This document shows, piece by piece, positions 1 through 12,604 of a DNA stretch of 64,000 bases. The position numbers and the translations under genes were made by a program. The notes under the pieces are model-generated. The model ran no database searches, was not told the origin of the DNA, and worked only from the letters and a program-made list of their open reading frames with translations. This DNA is from Vairimorpha necatrix. Lineage: Eukaryota. Position 1 is the first letter of the stretch. Every line of letters starts with the position of its first letter. The stretch lies in assembly GCA_036630325.1 (NCBI GenBank), contig CP142730.1, forward strand, positions 930,001 through 994,000. The letters run 5' to 3'.

Positions 1-540
1 GAATCAACAAACAAAAAAACACTCATTTTTAATGAAATTGATTTATAGACTATATTTCACAATTATGTATAAAATTAATGCCCTGTCAATGTTTTACAAA
101 TACCATATATTACTTATATGATTTTTTATAATTTTATAAGTTATGATTCGGGCTATATTCTAAAAGTCGATTATAATGAAAAATAATTAGAAACATCTTG
201 TTTCAATATGGCGAAAACATCATGCAAAAACAATTCAAGATTTTAGCAAATGCTATAACACGAAGCAGTAAAAAGACATGATGTTATGTGTGTTATAAAA
301 AAATAGCTTTTTTTAGTCGGTAAAATATAAATACATTTACAATCAATTTATTCTAAAAATAGACCCTATAAATCTATGATAATAGTTTAAATGTAATCAA
401 TAATATTTTTTTTTTTAAAAATGATTTCTGGTTTTTTTTTAAATAATAAAATGTTTTTTTGCACGTAAATTTTCTCCTTTGTCATTATAGCTATTCTTAT
501 ATTAATTTAATATTTATCATCAAAAGATATTTATCATTGA
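1..540. repeat. Segmental duplication copy A (upstream region of the 164-aa orphan gene), cut by the window edge
   Basis: 1-~130 (gaatcaacaaacaaaaaaacactcattttt...) matches 7637-7767 and 16637-16760. Similarity to the 16637 copy continues with decay to ~540/~17180. Confidence 0.85.
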
Positions 541-2163
541 GTAAGTTAAATGAACAGACAGAAATGATATAATTTATGATCTGAATAAATTATAAAGCAT
601 ATTCAGAAATTTATCATAATTTTGTAAATATTTTCTAAAATGTACCGGGTTATTCATTATTTTCTAGTAACTAAAAGCCTAATGCATTGTTTTGAAAAAT
701 TAGAAACTTTGTTTTTTTACGAACAAACTCCTCAAGTTTACTATTATATGAAGAGATTTTATCATTATAAACAGTAAATTCTGTGCACGGCAATTTTAAA
801 GATTACATTAGAAGAGTTTTATTTTTAGTCCAAAAAGACTTTATTTAGTAAAAATATCTCGTGCGACATACAGTTGCTTAGCGAGTTTTAATGGACAAAA
901 AGACAATATGTGCATATAATCCCTAGGATCATACATTATAGAAATATGAGATATTTGACACTTAAAAAATAGTTTATGGAATATATTATATAAGATTTTT
1001 GCATCTATGTGTCTTTATCAAATTTTTGGGCGACGTTCCATAATTGAAATTATGGCTATAGCGAGACAGGGCGATTCTACGGAAAGACAATAGTAAAAAA
1101 CATTCCTTTTCTCAAATTATGCCACACATCTTGTAAAAAAGTTTTTAATGATATTGTCTTGTGTTTTTTTTTACTATGGTATAAAACATTTCAGTCCAGA
1201 TAGAACTAAATTATTGTTACGGCCTAATTAATTATGTTAAGCTAAATGAGCAGACTTTATAAATCGAAGTTTACGCAAACAAATTGACAAAAATCACGTA
1301 TATGAAGTGCAATATGCATTTATCTGAAGGATCAAAAATAAATTTATATTGTTCAAACAATTATAATTATTTTTGTTAAATCTAATATATACAAAATGAC
1401 TGCAAGATACTTCAAAACATTTTCTGTTATTATTTGTATTAAAATCTTTAAAACTATTATTTTTCACTGTAGATAAATTAAAAATAATTTTGATAGTATT
1501 ATTATGCAATTAAACAATAAAATTTATCGTTCCCAAAAGGATAAAACTCATGAATTGCCCATATTATACATCAATTGCCTATAAAACCATGTAAATCGAG
1601 ATAAACATTTTGATTTGTTACGCATTGTTTTTTGATAATCACATTGGTTGAATTGCTACAAAATTACTACAAACTATGTATCGTTAAAAAACTTTTTATT
1701 TAAAGTAACACAACAATTACTTTTTTTCAGGATTATTTATTTCATAATATTAGAGATTTTTCTTATATTATGTTTAAAATTTAAAAAATCAATCAATTGT
1801 GCAAAATGCATATAATGTAAAGACGAGTTTCTTTTATTCTTCGTAAATTTTTAAAATCATTTCTTTCTCTTGTCGTTTTTTAAAAATTAAGAAATTATAC
1901 GTTCATCATTTTTATGTATTTTTGCTAACAAGGCCCGTTACAAAACAGTATATACAAAAAAGAATCTAAAATATCGATAGCAGCGAAACGTTTTTTAAGA
2001 TAATTCGCAAGAACTACAAATATTGTTGATATGTATGAATTAGGATGTCAAAAATCTATGTACTTAATTTTGACCAAAAAGTTATTTTTACCAATATTGC
2101 TTTAATAAAATCGAAAATTTAAAAAATTTATTTATATAAATAAAGTTTTTTTTTTAACCCTTA

Positions 2164-3025
2164 ATGTGTTATTTATTTTTTTCAGGCTTTTTTCCCCACA
2201 AATTATTAAGACCAGTATAAACAGCAAAATTTTTCTTAAAGATCTGTAAACGGTATTGGTAATTGTGAACTATTGTTTTTTCCAATTTTTGAAAATCGAC
2301 CACCCGATAAAAAATTTTATATTTTCGGGGATTAACTTTAGAATACTATTACGAATCATGAAATTTTAAAATAAATGATATAAAATAATTTGTTCGAATT
2401 ATTACAACAACAATCGTAATGTTTCGATCGAAGAGAACTTCTTGAAATATAATATATTTCAAAAATCGAAACCAAATGAGCTTGAATACCTTAAGTGAAG
2501 AAACAAAACTTTTAAACTAAATTATTTTTCTGATATATATATATTTTGATATTTACGCGTGTGTTATAAAGAAGTCATGAATAACGTAAAATTAACAGAA
2601 TAGTATATTTCAAAAATTATTAGACAACATACACGTTTTGTACCAAATGGTATGAATAATAAATTACATTTGTTTAAAATTAAATCATGTAAAGACCAAA
2701 TAAACACTATTATAAATTGTTTAGGGGAAATTGATTAAAAAAATATTTAAATTTACAAAAACTAATCGGGATCTATTTTTAAAGGCGTAATGGACAAATT
2801 TTGACGAATAAAATGACTTATATGATATTGACATTAAAATTTTTGAATTATAACTGCAATAAAAACTACAGAAAAGACAACATGAAGGATGCATCAATGA
2901 CAATATAACTGTAAGTAAAACTAATAAGAAAATTATATTTTTGATACAAATTTTACTAAACGTGGAAATGAAATACAAGGCAATGTATTTTGGACAAGTA
3001 TTATTATTGACATGAAAAGTTTACT
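2164..3025 (+). pseudogene. Frameshifted pseudogene of the Cys-head surface-protein family, closest to 10045-11028
   Basis: CCC-TTA-ATG at 2158-2166. Family motifs lie in broken frames: IKTSIN, NTITNHEI (~2341-2365), IIRQHTRFVPNG (~2615-2650), and a 3' part resembling the YFDTIST stalk end. The 3' end is approximate. Confidence 0.8.
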
Positions 3026-3645
3026 AATATTTACTTCAATATACAGAATTTTTATAAATAATTGTCACAAAAAAGACACATAATTTGTTTGATGTTTTAT
3101 ATAATTAAATAACATTGAATTTGTTATTATTCATAAATCCTTAGATTATATTAAATTTTATGGTATATTTATATTATATATCTATTTTTTTTTTTTATTA
3201 AACATTAGTACTATTTTAATAAAAATCTATACAATCTAATCACATCATAAGATAGAAAGGAAAAAAATCTTTTTTTATTGTAATATTTAGTTTGCGATAA
3301 AAAATAAATTATATTTTACTTATGATTCTAGACAACATATTAACAAATTTATGTTCTCTTTCCGTCGATATTTATATTTTTTTTGTAAAAGCATTATTTT
3401 AGAACGGTATAAAATTTTGATAGCCATTTCAATCATACTATTCTTCTATTTAAGTAGCTTAAATAGCTCTTGTATATTATATAGTAGCCTCTTCGGTCCC
3501 TAATGATTTATTTCTATACTTTAATCTTCGATAATCTTAAAATTTTCCTCATAGAAACATTAAGAATATGTTTAAATAAAGAGATATATTTTCTAATTTT
3601 CTGTGAAATTTGGCCAAAACACAATTGCGTCATCACATATGGCAC

Positions 3646-4447
3646 TTTTTTTTTTTTTTTTTTTTTCTTGCAAGTAAGAGGTAGGGAGAAACCTTACATA
3701 GGGACCAGAGGGATTTAAGTGTGATCCTCATCCAACTGGTACTGTGAGATTCTTACTCACTAAAACTCCCTCCATACACTTGCCGGTGCAGCAAGCTCCG
3801 CCGTATCCATTGGACTTTGGCTCCAGGAGAACACTTTCCATTTATACCTCAAATCGCGTCCAGAGTGACCTCACAGCGGATATACTTAACGGGCATGGTT
3901 ATCTATAACCCGAGGATAGACATCATCGTACTGACTCAAAGGTCCCTACAATCATCCGTATTGCACACACGGCTCCTTACACGACCACATCCCCAGCCCG
4001 GCGTTTTTATTAGGCTGCGTTGACCACCAGTCTCCCACTAGTTTCGGCCACCGTGTTACAGAATCATGTAGGATAGGGCCCACGAGACCTTCTATTGCCC
4101 TACTTCGTCTAGTCTCTTAGTTAGCTCTAGGATCCCACTCTAGAGTGCACCAGCCATGGGCTCCAATTAGGCCGTACCCATTAGATACTTTTATGTATCA
4201 TTAAGTCACCAAAGAGTGATACTGCTTTTTGGCCTTGAGGTGCGTTTATACACTAGATGCTAATCCCCTTGTGGCTGGACACACACAAGTTTCATTGAAT
4301 CAACTTAATGATTATCGTGGACATTTTCATCATCTGAGTTGTTCGAACTGCATCATAGAAAGTAGAAACAATTTTGGTGCCCCTGGGAATCGAACCCAGC
4401 CATTGCTCAATGGGAGCATTGCATTCTACCACTGTGCTAAGGGCACC
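3646..4447 (-). mobile_element. tRNA-derived SINE (~800 bp) with poly(A) tail and target-site duplication
   Basis: GC-rich island. tRNA-like head at 4447-4376, 21-nt poly(A) (T run 3646-3666 on +), and direct repeat CATATGGCAC at 3636-3645 and 4448-4457. Confidence 0.88.
4376..4447 (-). promoter_or_regulatory. tRNA-like SINE head with Pol III A and B boxes
   Basis: Minus strand reads GGTGCCC-TTAGCACAGTGGTAGAATGC-AATGCTCCCATTGAGCAATGG-CTGGGTTCGATTCCCAG-GGGCACC. It has a 7-bp acceptor stem, A box TAGCACAGTGG, a perfect T arm with B box GGTTCGATTCC, and a non-canonical anticodon arm. Confidence 0.8.
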
Positions 4448-4901
4448 CATATGGCACTATTGTTATCAAATTTTTGTATAACTTCAAAATATTTGCAAAA
4501 ACAATTTATTTTTTTATATTGAAAATCTAATTATATAATTCTTTTTATTTGAAAACACTTACTCAACTAATATATATTTCAGTTATTTGTTATAGCAAAG
4601 AATAATCTGGTATCATCTTTAATTATAGTGTTTCAAGAGATTCACGTGTCTACTCTCCCTTAGTTCGCTTGTGCCTACATTCTTTGTTATATATTGCGTA
4701 ACTTTTTTGATAATTTTGTTACATTTATACATAATAAAACGAGTCACTAAAATAACTAAATTATCGTTTATATGACCATATATCAACCCCTGGTCGGACT
4801 TGAAAGGCTATTAATATACACTCCCAACAAGATAAAAAAAATTGAGATGCCATTTCCCCACAGATTATATTTCATCTAAAAACCCAAAGTTACATCAAAT
4901 C

Positions 4902-5941
4902 GGTTGATCGGACCGAAATTCACCTTTTTTTGATGTCTTCAAATTTTCATTTTTTCACCCCAAAAAATGAAATTCCAAAAGTTGAGGAAGAAAATAAAAA
5001 AAGAATAAAAGTTTTAAATATTTAATTTTTCATATTAAATTACGTTAAAACAACTTATTACAGGATGAGTATTATAGTTTTTTATTAACATGTACCTCAC
5101 TAAATACCTATTAATTAATTTCCTTGTTCTACATCTGTATGGTATATGCTGTTTTAAACCAGACCATGTTCCTTCGATAGTATTAGTATGTATTCCTGTC
5201 TCGGGATCTTTAAAATATTTAGAGTGGTTTACAGTGTGGTGACTATAACCTTCATTTTGAATGCCCGTATATCCCTTCCAACAGTCAGAATATAATTTGC
5301 TACCTTCTTTTACACTATTTTTAATGTGAAATTTTAACGTACTTTTAGTACGATCACTAACTTGAAATAATATGACTAATTTTTTTACCATCTCTTTCAA
5401 CTACTCCAAATAGCCAAACTCCTCCTACTGGATGTCCACGATTATATTTATTCTTTCCAATCTTTGACTCATCCATTTCAACTGTTTCACCAGGATTCCA
5501 ATATATTCAATGTTTTGGTAGAATTTTTTAACTAGTACTTCACTAGTTTCTTTCAATATTCTCCATATAACTTTTTTATCAATTTTGGTTACGTATGAAA
5601 TAGTATCCACACTACATTTTGATAACCAGAGGTCAATAACCTCGATAATTTCACTTTAGAAATTTTTACATGACTAAATATTGTACCTTTCCAAACATTA
5701 ATATGTTTTTTATATAGTGGACATATTTTATTTGTACATTTCATATATTCATACTTATTTTTTGTGTATGATGTAAGCTCTTCATTGCATATTTTACAAT
5801 TGCTAAGTTGTAAGATTTTTATTTGTTGTATTATTTTCTCTTCAATCTCTCTTTTCCTCAACTTTGGGAATTTCATTTTTTGGGGTGAAAAAATGAAAAT
5901 TTGAAGACATCAAAAAAAGGTGAATTTCGGCCCGAAGGTCC
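4902..5941 (-). mobile_element. Merlin (IS1595/ISXO2-like) DNA transposon with long TIRs
   Basis: GG...CC termini, ~85-bp near-perfect TIRs (ggttgatcggaccgaaattcacc...aagttgagga and its reverse complement), and 9-bp TSD CATCAAATC at 4893-4901 and 5942-5950. Confidence 0.92.
5035..5876 (-). pseudogene. Frameshifted Merlin/ISXO2-like DDE transposase
   Basis: Three ORF pieces (5589-5876, 5425-5610, 5035-5400) carry an N-terminal Cys ribbon, YSDCWKGY, HHTVNHSKYFKDPETGIHTNTIEGTWSGLK. Confidence 0.9.
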
Positions 5942-6679
5942 CATCAAATCTAATCTGATTGTTTCTATTGACCAAAATTTATTAAGCTGATTTTTTATTA
6001 TTTTCGACAAACCTCTTCTTTGTTTTAAATTTTTAATGTAAGGAGTTAAATTAACATATACTGCTCCTTTACGATCGAATATTTTTTGATTTCTAGATTA
6101 TATGTAGAACGTTCGTTATTTATTTATTGCGCAATTTAATTTAAACGATCTATAATTATTTAATTAGTAATTTAATACAAAAGTCATATTATACGTAAGC
6201 ACTTGTGTAAGTTTTTATTTTGCGAAGACTTTCGATTTCAGATATTTACAGTAATTTTCCCTCGATGATCGAGGAAAGCCTTCTTTAACAAACATCTTAA
6301 TTCTTTTCATATGACTAGATGAATATAAAAATCTTTGTTATAACCAATAGTTGAATACTTATAAATAGTAACTATGAATTATAAACAAGTTTTTAGATAT
6401 TTATTTAGGTAAACTTTTTTTAACAACAAATTTATTATATTTACATATAGAAAAAAGATTTATATGCTCTAATTATGTTTTTACACAATTACATATATGC
6501 AATAAATATAATGGTTTTCGAAAACTGAAAAGAACTCGACTTTTTAGTGATGCTGAATTGTAATTTTATATAAATCAACTTCAACGAGAAAACTCATTTT
6601 AAAATTTAAGATATTTTTGTATCATTTAATTTATCTAAATAAAGTATTTAAAAATTATAAAAGTAATTTTTTAGGTATA

Positions 6680-7767
6680 GATACATTAAACAAGCATCAG
6701 CATGATGTTACATATAAAACAACACAATATAATAAAAAAAGGTAACACATTGATTATAGAAAAGTTATTGTTTTAATCTCTTATTTCTTTGTGAACTTTT
6801 AACACTTGTTCAAACTTTTGTTTGCACACTTTATAAAATCGTGTGAATGCCTTGTAACGCATTTTTGTATGTTTATAACACCATGATAAAGTATTAGTAG
6901 CCAAGTACGATATTTTGGATCTGAATTTAGAAAATAAACAAGAAATTGTTGACCAAATATTTCCTAATGATGAAGAAATTATTTCTCTCAATCTCATTAT
7001 ATTCTTAAAGACGACATTTCTGATCCTTTTGAGGTGGCCGGGCAATGGTTCTGAAACTTTCTTCTTCGGCTTAATGTTCTTCCAATCTAATGGTGAATTA
7101 CTTAGAAGAACATAGATTTGATCTTCCAATCTTACCACACACACTTCTTCGTTCTTTTCTTCTTGTATCCTTTGTAAAAGAGTTATTCCCAAATCCATCT
7201 CTGTAGGAGGATATAAAAGCTTCCTTATGCTGACAGTTTTAATTAAGAACAGGACTTCAAATAACATGTTTATTTACATAAAATTTTATATTTATATTTA
7301 TTTCTGAAACAAATTTTTTTAAAAAAGAAAAGTAAAATAAAAAAATTCTTATTAATGATTATATTAGTGATTTATCAAATTTAATTTTTCATTTTTCTAT
7401 TGCATTGTTTCATTGTTTCAGATGTGTTTTGGTCTAAACATTTAAAAAAAGAACTTGAAAAAATATGGTTAATCATTGAATTTATGTACTTTTGTTACTA
7501 ATTTTTTTCTAAATTTTTTAAAATTTTAAGCTGTCAAACTGATTTGATATGCTTGATATCAAAGTTCATATCAATCGAATAAATTTTCAACCTTCTTTTA
7601 AAGTCGTATAATGTATTTTGGACAATGTGTTTGGTGAATCAACAAACAAAAAAAAACACTCATTTTTAATGAAATTGATTTATACACTATATTTCACGAT
7701 TATGTATAAAATTAATGCCCTGTCAATGTTTTACAAATACCATATATTACTTATATGAATTTTTTTA
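6680..7767. repeat. Segmental duplication copy B (164-aa gene plus flanks)
   Basis: Aligns nearly base for base with ~15680-16760 outside the variable part of the ORF. Confidence 0.9.
6773..7267 (-). CDS. 164-aa orphan protein, copy 1 (hydrophobic N-terminus, basic amphipathic C-terminal half)
   Basis: The ORF is kept at the same length in the paralog at 15778-16272 despite ~30 aa differences, with no indels or stops. It lacks the CCC motif before the ATG. Confidence 0.7.
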   Translation of the reverse strand: MLFEVLFLIKTVSIRKLLYPPTEMDLGITLLQRIQEEKNEEVCVVRLEDQIYVLLSNSPLDWKNIKPKKKVSEPLPGHLKRIRNVVFKNIMRLREIISSSLGNIWSTISCLFSKFRSKISYLATNTLSWCYKHTKMRYKAFTRFYKVCKQKFEQVLKVHKEIRD

Positions 7768-10044
7768 TCGTTCTCAGTTTGTAAATCTATTTAAAATTAA
7801 TAAGAGGATTCTATAGAAAAATAGAACTAAAACATTTTGTTTTAATATGTCAGGCGCTTAATGCATGATAATATAAACCCTCAATTTAATATTGATGCAT
7901 CAGATAACATTCGAGACTTTGCTAATATCAAAAATAAAGATATTTAGAAAAATCTTGATAGTTATATTGATATAAATATAGTTAAAATTAAATACGCTAT
8001 GCATTTAAAAAAATAAAAATTCTAGCAAAAACAAATTTGCGTTAAGAATATATTTGTTAATACTATTTACTTTATATTGTAGGGAAACATTTACTTATGA
8101 ACAATTTGATTATAATATCATAAATTCTTGTGTATTTAGACATATTTACTGAGGATTTTACTATATTTTTTTTATTACGCTTCAAAAGAAAATATAGTAT
8201 TTATTCTATAAGTATAAAATATTATTCACAAAAAATACATGATTTATAACATCACTTAAAAGACTTTTTAATAACAAGTTTTGTTTTGGTATATTGATAT
8301 TTTCTGAAATTTATTAAAATTGGATTCATATTTAAAGTCGTTTTGCTTTTAATGTGTTTATGTATTCAATGTGTTCATCATTATGAACTTTGTTTTTATA
8401 CATACAAATTCCTTTGTTTTATATTTTTAAAGAAACTATATCATGAATGAGAAACTTGTTCATGGTTTTTTGTAAAGTTTCTCATATTTATTTGTTGTAT
8501 AACAGCTACGTAAAATTAATTTCTGTAGAATGCCACCTTACGGCAAATAATACAGTAGGTTGTGGCTACAATATGTACGTAAAGTACAATAGACATAAAA
8601 GGCACATGGAGAGACCTCAAAGTAGGATGTCTTTCAAAGCAGTTTAAATACCATTGAAAAGAGATAGAACATATTAAAATGTTACAGGTTTCTGTATTGC
8701 CTGTTTGGCAGAGAAGAAAAGCGGTTGACTGCCAGTACAACTATCGGTTTGCTTGTTTAATGTAATGATTCCTATTAGCATAGATCTATTTTTTATTAAT
8801 TTAACAATGAAGTGCCTATAAACAAACAAGGCTCTAATAATATACATTTTTGAGGATTTTCCTAATATATATACAGAATTGCAATAGATCTTTTGATCCA
8901 TATCTAAAAAATCTTTGTTAGATTTTTATTACTCCGAAAATTTGAGATTGCGCTTATATAGTAAAAAAACCAAATTTCCACCAAAGAAATTACAGTCCTA
9001 ATTTTATACTGAATTTAATGTTAGGGTTCTTTCTATCATTATTATTTATAAAAATAATATTTAATTTTAAAAAAATTTATACTTTTTTGATATACTACTA
9101 ATTAAATTAATTATATTATAACAGTCATATCTTCACAAGTCGTAAGATATAGCAAATAATCTACTACAATATTATTACTAATATGAATATTACATAATTT
9201 ATATTATTATCACAGAACATTCATAACAAGGTTAATACTAAAAAAAATTATTCGATGCTATAAATAAGAGATAAATACCCAAAAACAAGTATAAATAAAT
9301 TATATTCAATAATTAAAAGGTTCTTTTGTGTGACAGTTTTATTTTTTAAAAATTAAAATTGTTGTGTATTTAACACAGATGTTACAAAATAATAAAACTT
9401 AAAGAACCTTGTGAAATTCTAATCAAAACTACCTTCTTTTACAGGTTTTTATATTTCCTATTATAACTTTAGATAAGCCGAAAAAATTAATGTCAAAACA
9501 TTGTTGTAACAGGATAAAATTTGGAAAATATGTTAAAAAATATTATCTCAAAGATTATTATGTTGAAATATAAGTTTTGAATTTTCATTTTTTTGATTTA
9601 GGATTATAAACTTTCTTCCTCATCTTGTTTTTTTTAATATCAAATTCTACATGTATTTTTATGTAAAATAACCTCGGAGTGAAAGTTTTCCAAAATGTGA
9701 TTGTAAACCTAATAATATCGATCTGTAAAGTTTCTATGGACAAATTTATTTAATTATATCAGCCAAGCGCTTTATAAGACGTAAAAAACAAAATGTTCGT
9801 ATTTAAACATATAATATTGATCTATATTGCTTCTTCATGACGAATTTCTTAATAAATATCTTCAACGAGCTTTAAGATTCGTAAAAAACAAATGTCAAAT
9901 TTTAATATTTGAATTTTTATCTTAGTAACAGCTTGTTTTTTATATACAATGACATAATTATGTAGAAAATAAAATAAAAAGAAATTAAAATTTTTTAGGT
10001 TAACTCTTTTTTTTATATAAATTAAATTTTTTTTATCTTCCCTT

Positions 10045-11028
10045 ATGTTTAATTTATCTTATCTTACAGCTCTTATATTTCATGTAAAAAACATAAAAAC
10101 CAGTTTAGATATTGAAGATTCCCTTAAAAAAGTTGTCAACAGTATGGATGTTTGTATTCCATTTACTCGACCAATTTATGATAATCCATTGTCAGATAAA
10201 AATTTTAATATATTTTATGAATTTTTTTGGAACACAATAACAAATCATGAAATTTTTTTAAAAATGACCAAAAATGATTTTTCAAAAAACAGTTTTAATA
10301 ACAGAAATATATCTTTGAAAAACAAATTCTTAAAATCCCTGAGGATTAACAAACTGAACACTGATGAAAGTAGCAAATATTCAAATGGAGAATTATTATT
10401 TATTGAAAAAATTTTATTTGGAACAGAAGAGTATTATGACATACTACGTATATGTTATAAAGATGTTATAAACAATGCTGTATCTGCAATAAAGAATATA
10501 GAAGAAATCATTAGACAACATACATGTTTTATACCTAATGGTGCAAGTAAGGAACTTCCGCTACCTGTTTATAAAATATGCAAAGGCCTAATAACTAATA
10601 TTAATTTTTGTTATGGAGAAGATGGATTAAGTTATTTCCATGATTTCATTAAAATTAATCACGATAATTTATCAAAAGCAGAATGTATAAATTCCAACGA
10701 AGACTATCTCACAATTGATATATTTGCTACAAAAAAAGACAATAATACGGAAACTTTTACAAATGAGATAAATAATATAACAGAATTTATCGAAGAACAA
10801 ACTGACAAGATAAATGCGTTGAATACATCCAAAACAAACAATTATTTTGATACAATTTCTACTGAGGAAACGAATATGACAAGTAATTTACAAATTTGGT
10901 GGTTAACGGCTGCTGTAATTTCTGTATGTTTTATAATATTAGGCATAATGTTTATGTTTAAAAAATACAAATGTTGGAAGAAGAAGCCGATTGAAAGAAA
11001 TGAAGTTTTATTGACGTCTACAAGTTAA
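10045..11028 (+). CDS. Cys-head type I surface-protein family member (327 aa)
   Basis: CCC-TT-ATG start, signal-peptide-like N-terminus, motifs WNTITNHEIF / LRICYKD / IIRQHTCF / LPLPVYKICKG / KAEC, short T/N/E stalk, TM helix WWLTAAVISVCFIILGIMFMF and basic tail. Confidence 0.92.
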   Translation: MFNLSYLTALIFHVKNIKTSLDIEDSLKKVVNSMDVCIPFTRPIYDNPLSDKNFNIFYEFFWNTITNHEIFLKMTKNDFSKNSFNNRNISLKNKFLKSLRINKLNTDESSKYSNGELLFIEKILFGTEEYYDILRICYKDVINNAVSAIKNIEEIIRQHTCFIPNGASKELPLPVYKICKGLITNINFCYGEDGLSYFHDFIKINHDNLSKAECINSNEDYLTIDIFATKKDNNTETFTNEINNITEFIEEQTDKINALNTSKTNNYFDTISTEETNMTSNLQIWWLTAAVISVCFIILGIMFMFKKYKCWKKKPIERNEVLLTSTS

Positions 11029-12604
11029 ACATTAAAATTTTTATCTATGAATATATAAAAAAACCTGTTTTTTTAAAAATATTTTTTAAATATAGTAGTA
11101 AAAAATTAATATTAATTATATTAAGAATATTAAAAATATATTATCTTTATTCGAAGTATCTGAAATATAATCAGAATATTATAATTTACATCAGAATTAT
11201 CTTTAAAGAAGAAATGATTTTATAGAGATTAAACATTTGTATGATGCGTATATAATTTTTTTTGCACAAAAATAGTTATTTAAAATCGATTTTGTGCTCA
11301 TAACTACATTATAAAAAAAATTATAATTTTTTGTTGTTTATCTAGTTATCTTTTTGAAGAAACGGAATCGAATTTTTGCTTATAAAAATTCTTGGGATTC
11401 TTAAGAATACGCAAAAAGATTCTAATCAAATTTTCATATTTTAAAGCAGATTTATAGCCAGACAATATTAATAGATACAGGCAAGACACAAAATGTTTAA
11501 TAAATAACGCAAATTTAAAATAATTAAACGTTGATAAATACTAAAGGAAATAAGTAAAGAAACTAATGAATCATAAGATCTACTTTAGTGTTATTATTTT
11601 TCATCTCAATATTCTTCAAATAACCCATTATCATTATAAAAAATCTTTTTGATCAATCTGATCATTTTTACTTTTTCATTTCAAATTTTTACCTAAACAT
11701 GCTTAATTACAGTTTCATTATAATTTTGCGTAGTAAAAAATCTTTACATACAGGCTAAAAAAGTTATTACCTCAACAGGCCAAAATTTAACTAAAACATG
11801 TGATCATTATATGTGATAATAGTTTAATAACCTTTACAAATTTACAACACTCCTCTAAAACTATTACAATTGGGGTTTTTAACTTTTTTAAATAATTATA
11901 AATGTGTAATTTCGATGTAAAGACTAAAAAAGATTCTTAAATACTTTCTAAGTCATAAAAATAATGTGGGCAAACGAGAGTAATGTTATTTTGACAAATT
12001 GTAGACAAAATAAAATGTTATCTTTTATATAGACTTCCTATACTACTTTGGGTTAAAATACATACAAATTAAGTAGCCACTAACAATTATTTATCACAGT
12101 TTTGCAAAGCAGAATTATTCACAATTCTTTTAAGACTAAAATTGTCGTAATTCAAATGCCATGGTAATCTGATAGTTATATAATGCGATTTTTATGTTTA
12201 ATTTAAGACCAAATTTGCTCAAAATTTTGTAATTCAAAACTTAAAGATTTTGCTGATGCTATTTAAGGTCTTATTAAAAACAATATATACGTTTTATGTT
12301 TTTGTTTGTATGTTTGTGTGGTTTTGAAGATGTAGATTAACAACTAAAAAATTTAATATAATATTCAATTTCATTTTAATTCGTAGTAACATAAACACTA
12401 CACTTTTTTGATATCTGGTTAACATTTAGTTTTATATTTCATATATCTGAAACTATTTTTGTGTCATTTTTAATGTACTTAATATTTTATTACACATAAA
12501 ACTTCAAATATAAATACCAACAATATTAATTTTGAATTGGAATAAAAAACAACTTCCTGTAGTTAGGATTGAAAATGTTCGATTATAAAATTTTTACCCT
12601 ATTA

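Noticed and set aside
4065-4130. Possible hammerhead ribozyme in the SINE body (minus: CTAAGAG...GAAG-TAGGGC...GCCCTA-TC)
   Set aside because: The core deviates from CUGANGA/GAAA and stems I/II are not convincing. It would need a covariance-model search.
4376-4447. Functional tRNA gene (Gly-CCC or Met-CAT)
   Set aside because: The anticodon arm is non-canonical with an ambiguous anticodon, there is no T-run terminator, and it lies flush inside a TSD-bounded poly(A)-tailed unit. Treated as a SINE head.
3503-4522. Short ORFs 3503-3718, 3817-4023, 4229-4522
   Set aside because: By-products of the GC-rich SINE, with no coding signature.
8400-9000. Overlapping short ORFs in slightly GC-richer DNA, possibly a decayed membrane-protein gene
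   Set aside because: No recognisable motif or consistent frame.
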